DNA of 58,859 bases, the filler included, from Jimgerdemannia flammicorona (Eukaryota): NCBI GenBank assembly GCA_003990765.1. It is 3 parts of 3 records of this genome, joined end to end, with 100 filler letters (N's around TTAATTAATTAA, not from the genome) between each part and the next. Parts side by side here need not be neighbours in the genome. Positions count along the whole stretch, not along the records: positions 1 to 19,558 come from RBNJ01001912.1; 2 more parts are not named here. One strand, written 5' to 3'. How positions within the stretch are numbered: position 1 is the stretch's first letter; every line of letters begins with the position of its first letter. A program made the position numbers and the translations under genes. Below are positions 1-11,000 of the stretch, piece by piece. The notes beneath the pieces were generated by a model, which saw nothing but the letters and a program-made list of their open reading frames with translations, ran no database searches and was not told where the DNA came from.

Positions 1-54
1 TAGCATAGTTACTCAAATTTAGTGCATCACAACCCAAGCCAACCCATGTACATA

Positions 55-430
55 TTTAATCTGACCTGGAATTATACATCACCTGTCTTTAACCTGATCT
101 AGAATTATATATTACCTGTCTTTAACCCGACCTGGAATAATATGTCACTCATCTTTAATCCAACTCAGAATAATATGTCACCTGTCTTTAATCTGATCTG
201 GAATTATATGTCACCCATCTTTAACTTGACCTGGAAACATATATCACCCATCTTTAACCTGATCTGGAATTATATGTAACCCATCTTTAACCCAACCTGA
301 GAAATATACATGACCCAACCTGAGAAATATATATGACCTAATCCAAGAAATATACATGACCCGACCCAAGAAATATATGTGACCTGATCCTGACCCATAT
401 TTAACCTGACACAGACCCATCTTTAATCTG
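55..430 (+). repeat. left subterminal tandem repeats of the hAT element (~37-bp unit TTTAACCTGACCTGGAATTATATGTCACCCATC, then shorter units)
   Basis: About 7 imperfect copies visible directly; the reverse complement array lies at 18050-18290. Confidence 0.85.
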
Positions 431-719
431 CCTTTAAGCTACAAGATACCAAAAAAAAAAAATTGTACATCTAAGATATATATTTAGAATAAACAAATAG
501 AAATATAATTAAGAATCAGAAATCAAAATAAAATCAGAAATAAATAGGAAGTAAATCAGGAAAATAAAGAACTTACCAGTGTGAATAGATCTTACTCTTT
601 ATCATTATAAACCAACTGATCCTTCTCCTCTTTATTACTATAAATCAACTGATCCTCCTCCTTCTCATATTCCAAACCATCTTCCTCTATATATTCTGAA
701 CCACTTTTCTCTATATCCT

Positions 720-1080
720 CCTCCTCCATATTCTCCTCTGTACTGACCTCCTTCATGCCAATCTCCATTTCATTCTCTGCACTGACCTTCCTGTATTCCT
801 CTGTACCGACCTCCCTGTATTCCTCCATGCCAACCTCCCCATGTTCCTCTGCGCCAACCTCCCCATGTTCCTCTGCACCAACCTCCCCATGTTCCTCCAT
901 GCTGACCTCCCTCACACTGACCTCCCCATATTTCTCTATGCTGACCTCCCCTGTGCCAATCTCTCTATATTCCTCTGTGCCAACCTCCCCTGTGCCAACC
1001 TCCCCCATGCCAACCTCCCCTGCACCAACCTCCCCCATGCTGACCTCTCCACTGACCTCTCCACCAGTGCTGACTCCTCT
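720..1080 (-). repeat. 24-bp and 15-bp coding minisatellite (EEHGEVGA / GEVGT repeats)
   Basis: Repeated CCAACCTCCCCATGTTCCTCTGYR units; translation in ORF 592-1158. Confidence 0.85.
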
Positions 1081-1729
1081 ACCAGTATCAACCTCTTCCA
1101 CCTCTCCATCTCCTCCACCACCACCCCCTTCAACAAAATGCACAAGCCTACCATCCATCAGTTATATATAAAGTGTTTTGTCATTCTTCACCAGTACTTG
1201 TTCAAATATGGCCAGCAGTTTTTCGTATTCACCCATGATGACAATTCCATCTGGACAACCTTGCTTGTTCTATACTTTGGCATTCACCTTGAAGCTGGTA
1301 TAGTATGACGAATGTTCTACAATTTTCACATGGTTTTCTATCACTCTTATGACTTCTTGCCTCAGTTAGTCATCATATACTTTCTTAATACATTTGTTGG
1401 CCATAGTGAAAGTACACCTAATGTCTGATTTGTAAGGCATTTTCTCCATGAGGTTTGGGACATCTAGGAAATTGATTTGGCAATGCTTCCAGATGGTATT
1501 TGGGCAAACTTGATAGCAAAAATAGCAATTATAGCAAGATTTGCACTCCAGCCCAGACTTAGAAGCTAGAGGATATATATATTTCGAATGTTATTAGAAA
1601 AAAAATTCAGACATTGATTTAAAAAGAAAAAAAGAAAAAAAACTAACTTTTTCAAGCTACATTATTAGGATCTGGTGGGGGACCTTATGCTTGTAGACCA
1701 GTGGTAAGCTAGTGGTCAAGCTGGAGATC

Positions 1730-1870
1730 AGAGAGCTGAGGGTCAGTGAGCTGGGAGTTAGCGAGCTCAGCAACCTGGGTGTCAGCAAGCTTGGCAGACT
1801 GGGTGTCGGCAAGCTCAGCAGGCTGGGTATCAGTAAGCTCAGCAGACTGGGTGTCAGCAAGCTGGGCATC
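1730..1870 (-). repeat. 24-bp coding minisatellite (approx. DTQPAELA repeats)
   Basis: Repeated AGCAAGCTCAGCAGRCTGGGTRTC units. Confidence 0.75.
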
Positions 1871-2299
1871 TTTAGGGTGCTGAGCTTTGGGATAGCGAGC
1901 TGAAGTGTGTCAAGCTTGGGGGGGGCCAAGTAAATACTTATTGGCTGGGCACTCATATCTATGTTTTCTCAACATAGTGGTAAATTAAGTGAGGCAAAGT
2001 GAAGGATGAGATGAAGTGAAGGATGAGGCAAAAAGAATGAGAGGTGAAAGTAAGCTTTTTGATATCTTAAATGTTCAAAAGCTATAATATCTTTCAGAAG
2101 CTCTTTCAGAATCTCTCTGAAATCTCTTTCAGAAGCTCTTTCCAAATCTCTTCGAAATCTCTTTCGGAATCTCTTCAAAATCTCTATTGAAACCTATTTC
2201 TAAATTGTATATTTGCAATCTGAGGAATAAGGGTAAGGGAGGTGGAGGAATATGTGAGGGTTGTGTACGAGGAGTAGAATACAAGAGGAGTGGAATGCA

Positions 2300-2927
2300 A
2301 GAGGAGTGGAATACAGTGAGGAAAGCTCCAGATTGTAAGCATAAGTATAAGTATAAGTGTAAGCATAAGCTTTGCTCTGCTCAGCTAATAGCTGATATCA
2401 TGTGATATCAGCTTATTATCAGCTTGTCAGACTGAGCAGAGCAAAGCTTATGCTTGCAATCTGGAGCTTTCCTCACTGCATTCCACTCCTCTCTACAAGA
2501 TTCAGTGGATTCTGCATAAGCCCCAATTGAGCAAGGTTTGCAACAATGTTTGAGCAAGGTTTGTAGTACATTTGAGCAAGATTTATAGCGAGGTTTGAGT
2601 GAGATTTGCAAGTGAGATTTGTATAAGTCAGGCTTTGCAAGTCTTGTACTTGCAAGCTCAGCTGATAGCTGATATCATATCATATCAGCTTATATATATA
2701 TCATATTAGCTTGTGACTGAGCTTATCTAGGCTTGCAAGTGCAAGACTTGTAAAGCCTGACTTATATAAATATTACTTTAATCTTACATGCAAATCTCAC
2801 TTACAAATCTTACTTTAATCTTGCTTGCAAATCTTGCTTGAACCTTGCTGCAAATCTTGCTCAAACACACCACAAATCTTGCTCAAATGTTATTGCAAAC
2901 CTTGTTCAATGCAGAACATGCTGAATC
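2300..2927. repeat. two adjacent long inverted repeats, each centred on the same ~60-bp palindromic core
   Basis: Arms 2300-2384 vs 2432-2492 and 2499-2656 vs 2730-2927 are reverse complements. Cores 2380-2436 and 2657-2721 both read CTCAGCT-ATAGCTGATATCA..ATATCAGCTTAT..AGCTTGT-GACTGAG. Confidence 0.85.
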
Positions 2928-3270
2928 TCCAAAGTATGTTTGCTGTTTGCAGTTGCATGATGGATACTAGTTTATCACCTATGCATATTTATTCATCCAT
3001 CCTCTGTCCACAATCAATCATTGGCTATCACACACCACCTTGCTACTCTCTCTCTTGCTGCCCCCCAGCTCGCTGACTCTTGTTCCAGGCCCCACAGTTC
3101 CTGGCTTTTCCCACCACTTGCTGCCTCCCCCCAACTCCCTGCTCCCTAGTTCACTACCCCCCCAGCTCGTTTCCCAGTTTGCCACTCCCTAGCTCACCAC
3201 TTTCTAGCCACTTTCCAGCTCTTGGCCTCCCACTCAAGCTCCCAGTCTCTGCCATCATTAAACATTTGAA

Positions 3271-5595
3271 ATGTCTAAAGATCAAGAAGTATATTTAGGA
3301 GAAATCTTAGAACTGTTGGATGATATATTGGAGGATATATCAGAGGATATATCAGATATCTCCACTAGTTCATTATTACCAACAAGCATGAGAATAAAAA
3401 TAAAAACAAAACCTAGTGATAGCTGGGTGTCAAATCATACCACAAAGGTAGTTTTATATATTATGCTAATGGTTAAATTCATAGGGGTGATTGGTCTCAT
3501 CAGTCATAAGAATGGGTGGTTAGTTGTAAGTAGTTGAGGTTCTAATATAGTCTCATATCTCTCTATTCAAATAGAATTTACAAAGTAAGCTTATCAGTTG
3601 CAACTATTGCATGACTTAGAGCTATATATTGAAGGATGGCAATATCAACAATCTTAAATGATATCTCTGGAAGCATTACAATGTTATGCTCTTATCTCTC
3701 CAGTGTGCTGAGAATCCTCGCTGGTCTAAGAAAGATGATATTATAAGTATGGATAGAATGGAATTCAGGAAGTACTTAGGAGATTATTAGAAAAATAATT
3801 GATCAAATTTTATTATTACAAATAGGAACACACTAGTAAGACTTTAAGTAATGAAAATTTCTATCAATTAATTGCCAACTTCATTGTCACTGGATATCAG
3901 CTATTCTTCACTATTGAAAATGCTAGCTTCAAGTATCTCCTTCACATATTATACCCTGATATGGCCCTTCCATTGGCTGATACGATTTTATAAGTTATTT
4001 GAAAGGAATTCGAACTATTGTAGACTTAAGTGAAAGTAAGGCTAGCAGGGCTCAAGTTGAAGGTATTACTTACACTTGATTGTTGGACATCAGATATTAA
4101 CATTAAGACCTTCCTTAGAATAATAGCCCATTGGATTGACAGTGATTGGAAGATGCATGACATTATCTTAGACTTTGTGAATATTAGCAAAATAACACAC
4201 ATGGGTGCCAATCTTATGAAAAGTCTGGAGCTAGTAATAGATGATTTATTACCTAGTAACAATCAAATCATTACTATTGTGTGTAACAATGCTAGTAACA
4301 ATGATACTCTGTTTGAGAATCTCCATCATCTGCTTACTCATGTATGCTGTTTTGGATATATGTTGAATCTCATCATTCATAATACTCTTGGTTCTCTTAG
4401 TGAGCCCATTGGAAAGCTACGAGAGTTGATAAAGAAGATTAAAAATTCAGTACAATGATAAGCACAACTGACAAAGGTCTGTGAATCCTCCAGAATTCCC
4501 ATTTTGAAGCCTCTCTTAGATGTTATAATGAGATGAAGTTCTATATATAAAATGTTAGCACATGCTCTGGAGATTCATAAGATAAGATTTTAAATCTATT
4601 TGTATAGATTTTGGAATATAATTCGGAAGTATTTTGGTACTAAATAAATTGATATTACATCCAAATAGGGCTTGGATATATTGTGTACCATGGATAAGCA
4701 AATGAGCAATATATCTGAAGATGTATGGCAACAATTTGAATTGATTTGCCAATTTCTCAAGCCTTTTGCCAAAGTGACAACTGTGATATCAGCTTCAAAG
4801 TATCCTGCAATAGCAGCTATTATCCCACTATTTAATTGGCTATATGATCATCTCAAAGATATCATCGATACATATCAAACTGGTGAAAATTTTAATCAGG
4901 TATATATATAATTTTGAAAGTAATTTTATTTGTAAATTTAAGAACTAATTTAGTAAGTAATTGGGAAGTAATATGTGTATATTTTTATTTTTTATAGATA
5001 ATGCTTACTGCTACTGAGAATGCATGTACAAAACTTCTAAAGTATTACTATAAGATGACACCATTATACAGCATAGCTTTGGTCTTAGATCTATATATCA
5101 ATATATGTTATTTCCATCATGAGTAATGAAAAAAATCCTTAATTGATGAATGGAAGAATCAGATGGAACATATCTGGGAAAAGGAGTATAAGCCTGTTAA
5201 TGCTATCATTATACCCTCAATATCTTATAATGTCAATGATTTTATCAACTCAATATATGAGAAGAACAGTACATTGATGTGGATGATAAGCTTGAATGGT
5301 GAGTGTTGTTTTTATGTTTTTTGGTTGGCTTGATTAATTTTCACTTATATTTCTCTGTTTCAGTTATTTGTCAAAGAATCTAGCTGATCCTCATATAGAT
5401 ATACTGAATTGGTGGTAGCAAAATCAGTTAGTATATCCTAATCTTTCATAAATGGCTTGTGATTATCTTACTATTTTGGTGACATCTGTTCTATCTGAAC
5501 ATATTTTTTCTATTGCTGGTGAGCTAGTGACTGAATGTCAAAACAGCTTGTGTGTAAATACAATTCGTACATTCATGTGTTTGGATTCTTAGTGG
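3271..5595 (+). pseudogene. hAT transposase pseudogene (BED zinc finger, DDE/RNase H-like core, hATC dimerisation domain), with introns
   Basis: W..CNYC..GNINNLK*YLWKH (BED); LTLDCWTS..FLRIIAHWID; CCFGYMLNLII; FLKPFAKVT; DILNWW*..YPNLS*MACDYLTILVTSVLSEHIFS (hATC). Probable introns ~3449-3574, ~4900-4997 and ~5300-5363; many stops. Confidence 0.9.
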
Positions 5596-5659
5596 TCTTC
5601 AGATATTTTTCACTTTCAATTACTCTGAATATTATCTAAATATTTTCTGAATCATTTTT

Positions 5660-5770
5660 TCAGGGCAGAGTTCAGAGGGTCGGGTTCAGGGTCAGGTTCA
5701 GGGGTTGGGTTCAGGGTTGGGTTCAGGGGTTGGGTTCAGGTTTAGGTTAAGAGTAAATAATAGGTCGGGT
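5660..5770 (+). repeat. GGGTTCAGGGGTT short repeats, inner part of the hAT right end
   Basis: Tandem GGGTT(C/G)AGG units immediately before the LTR insertion; the right end continues after 18042. Confidence 0.7.
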
Positions 5771-5981
5771 GATATTGTGATGTATGCAATTGATAATGGA
5801 GTACCAGTGACTGCTAAGATCAGACGACATAATGGCATGACAATCGAATAGACAGCCTGACCCATTAGGTGATCACTCCAAAAGGAGCAATGATAATCCG
5901 AGCCAAAAGGAAGACTACGTTATTTAAAGAACCATACTCCACCTCAGGAATCAGCACCAAAGAACAAGTATCCACCACACA

Positions 5982-6899
5982 ATGCCTCCAATCCGCTACC
6001 CCAACCACCACTCTTCCCCCTTACCTGGCCCAAAGACTCTAATCCTTGAAGCAATCAAGAAGGCTATTTGGCACCCAGACACCTCTGAACATCTGAACTT
6101 CTACACCAAGGATCTTGGACACTTTATCAATTACCAGTACATAATGACCCAATAGCTCAAAGATACCACTGAATGAATGACCCTCTGGTATGATTACGAA
6201 ATTGGACACCACCTTCATAATGAAACCCAAGAAGGTGACCAGAAAGACCTCATTGCCGAAATGTTAACTACCAGCTGGCTAATCAAGAGAGCCCTCCATG
6301 TCTACCAAATCTTCCACCATATTCCCTGGGCTATAGCATACTTACAAGGAGTAACTGCTGGAAGTCTTGCCTGTCTCTCAACTGAAGATGCAGACTGGAT
6401 AGAATCAGAAGTAGCCAACTCTATTGGTAGTAACCAGGTCACTGTAGGAAGCCAACAAACTGAGCCCACTCAACCAGGCTTTCACACCACTCCACTCCGA
6501 GACAACCACTAAGATCACCTAATGAGTCTCATGGAAATCTTCGAAGGACCACCCATTACTATTACAAAACCTGTTGGAGCAACCCCAACTACTCACCACC
6601 CTGTCAGCTACAATTCGCACCTCATCGTTTGGGAACTAAATCAAGAAGTCCCAGAAGTCCCTACCAATACAGAAACTGGAGGATCTGAGGAAGAAGAAGA
6701 GGAGGAACAAAGAATCTACCAATCCTCTGTCCGCCTTCAAGCAGTCTAAGAGTTGGAGAATTTCATCGAAGATGATTGGCCACAATTCTACCCCCTCACC
6801 TCCTGGTTGGCACTCCCACCCTTTGAAGAACAGAATGAAGAAGTCACAATCCAGCAAGATGATTGGTTCACTGACAAAGGGTACTTTACCATTCAGTGA
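5982..6899 (+). pseudogene. disrupted copy of the LTR-encoded ORF (5' LTR)
   Basis: Same sequence as 16047-16973 with a deletion near 6005 and TAG/TGA/TAA stops. Confidence 0.8.
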
Positions 6900-7146
6900 T
6901 CTAACGTCCATTTCCTCAGTCCAGTTAGCCAATGTTCGTCAGCAAGTCAGTAACATCCGTTTCCAGCGATATCACCCCCAACAACCAAATCCAGTACTGG
7001 CACTCGTCTTATCTCAATTCAGTGATCCAATGTCCGTTTCCTTAGTCCGGTTAGCCAACATTTGTCAGTAAGTCAGTAACATCCGTTTTCAGTGATACCA
7101 CCCACAACATCCATATCCAGTACTAGTACTCATCTTATCCCAATTC
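6892..7146 (+). repeat. 2 x 126-bp direct repeat in the LTR U3 region (also ~16966-17220), CCAAT-containing, enhancer-like
   Basis: TTCAGTGATC...TTAGCCAA...GTCAGTAACATCCGTTT...CTTATC repeated at 6892 and 7018. Confidence 0.8.
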
Positions 7147-7217
7147 GGCGCAAACAACTATCACACCCATATTTAGCAATTAAACCACCACAATATAGTA
7201 TACCTTAGCCCCCCCCC

Positions 7218-7272
7218 CATAGCTAGCAAAATTGTATAAATAACCCTATATCTTAAAGTGAATAAACCTCAG
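7218..7272 (+). promoter_or_regulatory. LTR core: TATA box (TATAAATA) followed by AATAAA; second copy at 17293-17347
   Basis: CATAGCTAGCAAAATTGTATAAATAACCCTATATCTTAAAGTGAATAAACCTCAG; near-identical module in the LTRs of elements B and C. Confidence 0.7.
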
Positions 7273-7973
7273 TCAGTTTGTGTTTAAAAGTAAAAAAAGG
7301 AATTACAGAGAAACCTCACTGCCTCCAAGAGACCAGATAAATTCTGAGAACAAGATAACTAGAGCAATGATCGCTCAAGGTTTGAGTTAAAGAATTTTCT
7401 CTTGCCACGGAAAAACGTTCAAGATTCGCTGCTAAGGAAAGCCACATGAAAAGCCGTTCAGTTCAGTTTAAAGACCTGCCGCTAAGGAAAGTTATATGAA
7501 AAAACCGTTCAGTTCAGTTTAAAGACCCGCTGCTAAAGGAAAGCTGCACAAAAACTGCCAACTGCTGCCAAGATCCTGCCAACCCAACCATCGTGCATTC
7601 GGAACCAACCACCATTCGAGGTTCAAGACTGCACATTTGAGACCTGCCATTCAAGTGTTAAGACCCCAGCCAAGGAACCCAAGGATACTAGAACAAGACC
7701 GTCAGTGAACAACCAACTGCCAGAACCCACCCTCAAGTTAAGAACAAATGTTCAACTGAACTATTGACCTGAACGATTCCCTACTGCACCATGAACTGTG
7801 TATGTTCAAGAAGTAATTCGCCCCGAGCCTCCATCATATAAATCGAATGCACTGATCATGTGACTATCTACCCGTAATCGTCGTGAATGCACTCATATCC
7901 ATCACACACTTCACCAAGTGGCACATTGAGCCATGCTTGAAGCAACTAGAGATACAAACCGGATGCTACATTT

Positions 7974-7990
7974 TGAGGGCTCAACTGGGA
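7974..7990 (+). other. primer-binding site, probably tRNA-Pro type (decayed)
   Basis: TGAGGGCTCAACTGGGA, 3 nt after the LTR, vs canonical tRNA-Pro PBS TGGGGGCTCGTCCGGGA; 3 of the 4 mismatches are G>A or C>T. Confidence 0.65.
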
Positions 7991-8036
7991 AAGTTTTCAA
8001 AAGACTTGACCATTTGGCTCAAGAACCCAGCTATCT

Positions 8037-11000
8037 ATAGTAGAGAACTTAACAGGACCAAGTCAGCAACCAAACCAGGGGCAGCAACAGCCCTCCTCAG
8101 CAGAAAAGAAAGCCCACACTCTTGTCAGAACAGTAGCCAGGACCCTATTCAACACCAGTAGCCAGAAAACTGAATCAGAAGAAAGAAGTGACCCAGATTA
8201 TGGTTTGACTTCAAGAGAAAGGAGACAACTCAAAGGACAACCAGAACTGCCCCTTCAGATCCAAGACTTAGGCCAAGAAGAAGAAGAGGACATTCCCGAG
8301 GAGTATCAAATCCTTATCCATAGGAAGAACTCAGACAGAAGTGACTACATAACTACTGTTGTTACTTGAGTCACTCCACTAGACCAGGTATACTTTGAAA
8401 CATCAGAAGGAGAAGAGGACTACCATCCATATCAACCAGAGCAAGATGATGATTGGGGATCAGACCATCAAAGAGACGAATTCAACCTATACTATTATCC
8501 AGACAGCGACACAAACCCACAACAAGGTGAACAAGACCTCACTACTTCACAACAACAAGGGGCAGATGAACTCACTATCAGTTATATCAGTCCACTCCCA
8601 CCATCAGTTGCTCAAACTTCAGTACCCTGGTCACTCATATCTCACCACTATCACCAGTCAATCAGAAGATCTCCACCACTACCCAGGACTTCAACCCCAG
8701 CATTAATTAGAAGAGCCAGATTACCCTCACCCTCACCAAAACACCGCCCTCTGCCAGCACCACTAGATCATCAAGTACTAGCACCACCACCTTTCCCATC
8801 ACCCTGAGGATCCGCCAGATCCCCTACTCCTGAACAATACTCAGATAGTGAAGATGAGCCAGACATGAGCTACCTTCAGAAGTTCCATGGTGCAGACAAT
8901 GAAGACATCAAGGAATTCTTTGGAGAAATTGAAGTTCAAGCAGCTGCCAAACAATGAGATGCTGCAAGAAAACTCAGAATTGTGGAGTCACTCCTGAGAG
9001 GACCAGCCCTACAGAGGTATAATCAAGCCAAGTAAGCCGGAGGAGGAATCCATGCAGAGGAACTGAATGATAGCCTTCAACCTGATAGAAACCATGTAGC
9101 AAGGTACATAATTCACAAAGCCTGGCTCCATGCCCAGTTCAATGGATTCAAGTACCAATAAGAAGTACAGGAGGCTTTGACCTATATGAGCCAAGCTGCC
9201 AATGAAACTCCCAAGAGTTTCTACCATCGGATTCAAGCTCAAATGATCAAGGCAAACCTTCAACCAGCAGTCCAACTAGCTCTAGCTTCAACTACCTTCC
9301 TCAATGGCTTATACCCAGAACTTTGAAGGCAAGTTATCAGGATGGGATATCGAAACATTGAACAGCAAGTTGCTGGAGCACAAGGATGTTGGGAAGCAGA
9401 TTATAAACCGGTACAACAAGTACAAGGCTATCCTGAGCCAATCTGAGCTGAAACTCCAAGGACCTGAGGAACAACCATGGAGCAAGAGAACGCCTTCCTC
9501 AGAGCCCAAATAGCCAACTATGAGAACAGACCAGCACCCACAAATCTGACTCCATTCAGGAAACCACAGTAGCAGCCACCATCAAGAGTTCAAGAAGACC
9601 CCATGACAATGCTCACCAAGCAAATGAAGGACCTGGCCATCGCAGTTGCCTAGCTGAAGAACCGAGGTAGAAGACAACAAGACTACCATCATGATAACAG
9701 ACCAGACTACCGGCAACAAGATAAAAGAGGTCCTGCTCCCACACTACCAGCTGCAACTACAGTCTCATCAGCGACTGGTTCCTATGGTCCCACCTACTTC
9801 AACTGTGGAAATCAAGGCCACATCCAGAGGAATTGTCCAAGGAACCAATCCACCCAGTCCAATGACAGAAATGTCAACCTCTTTCAGGTAGATGAAGAGA
9901 CTCAGGAAATGAAAGAAGAAGCAGCCTGGCTCCATGGTCAAGAAGATGACATCTATCCATACTTCGAGGCTTTTCCATCTAAGGTGACATGGGAAGCTGC
10001 CCCTGCAGAGACCAGAGGATGAGGAAGACCACAAAGGAACCCCCCACCTCAACTGCCAGTAACAATATCCACAGGCAAGCATCTGCAATATGACCATTCT
10101 TCTTCAGATACTCTATAAGAACAGGAGAAGCAAGTTAGAAGAGATACTCCTGAACCAGAAGCTGGACCATCTAGGATAACCCCCAGCTCTACCCTGCCAG
10201 ACCTTGAAGAAGATAAGCATATGAACATAGAATCTTCAGCTGACAAAATGCCCATCAGGAATGAGAGACTACACTCCAAGGGACCAAGACACCGAAGAAG
10301 CAGCAAGCCCCATGCAGCAGCCTCACTTTGGGAACATATCCGCCTACAGAATGCTGGTCTTACAGTTGAGCAAGTCCTCAAGAATGCACCAGAGGTCAGG
10401 CGAAAATTCCTGAAAGAAGCCAAGAAAGATACCAAGAGACTTCCAGTCCAAGGACCACATACTCAAGAACCTAGCACTATCCACATAGCCTATGAGAGCC
10501 AGCGATATGAACATCAATTTACAAGACTCACCAATGGAAAAGTGCATGGTGAAAATGCCAGAATTCTCGTCAATACTGGAGCAGCAGTATGCATCATCAC
10601 CCAAAGGATTTTGGAGTGAATTGGATGGGAAATAGATGAAGGAACCAAAGCAAGAGTTATCATGGCCAACGGATCAGCTTCTACACCCCTTGGACTTGTC
10701 AGAGACATCCCCATTCAAGTCGGAAAGACCTGCCTCAATGTACCCAAAGCCATTGTAACCCCCACAACCTCCTATGACCTGATTCTGGGAACTGACTGGT
10801 TAAGCCGAGTCAGAGCTAATGTAGATATTAAGAAACAACTCCTGGTCTTCTCCATTCATGGACAGAAGTACAAGGTGCCCATTGACTTGAAAGGATTATC
10901 CAAAAAGATGAATCAAGCCTCAGAAACAGAATGGCAAGGATATGGTAACACCCCCATTACTACTGAGGATGAAAGTGAGGCCAATTTCCTACAAGAACTA

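Larger units (their letters stand above)
576..1956 (-). pseudogene. spliced second (non-transposase) gene of the hAT element, unknown function, with two low-complexity repeat tracts; start approximate
   Basis: Minus-strand GT..AG intron ~1647-1566 joins ...GPPPDPNNVA*K to a long frame SKSGLE...DIRCTFTMANKCIKKVYDD*LRQEVIRVIENHVKIVEHSSYYTSFKVN...LLAIFEQVLVK that runs into the acidic ORF 592-1158. A further GTAAG donor lies at ~575. Stops are C>T-type. Confidence 0.55.
5776..7970 (+). repeat. 5' LTR of element A (~2195 bp)
   Basis: Starts TGTGA and ends GCTACA; colinear with 15841-18042. Confidence 0.95.

Noticed and set aside
55..430. ~37-bp periodic repeats resembling a CRISPR array
   Set aside because: Units are directly tandem with no unique spacers, there are no cas genes, the context is eukaryotic, and the array is mirrored at the other hAT end.
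755..1308. Plus-strand ORFs of 138 and 155 aa
   Set aside because: Shadows of the minus-strand coding minisatellite.
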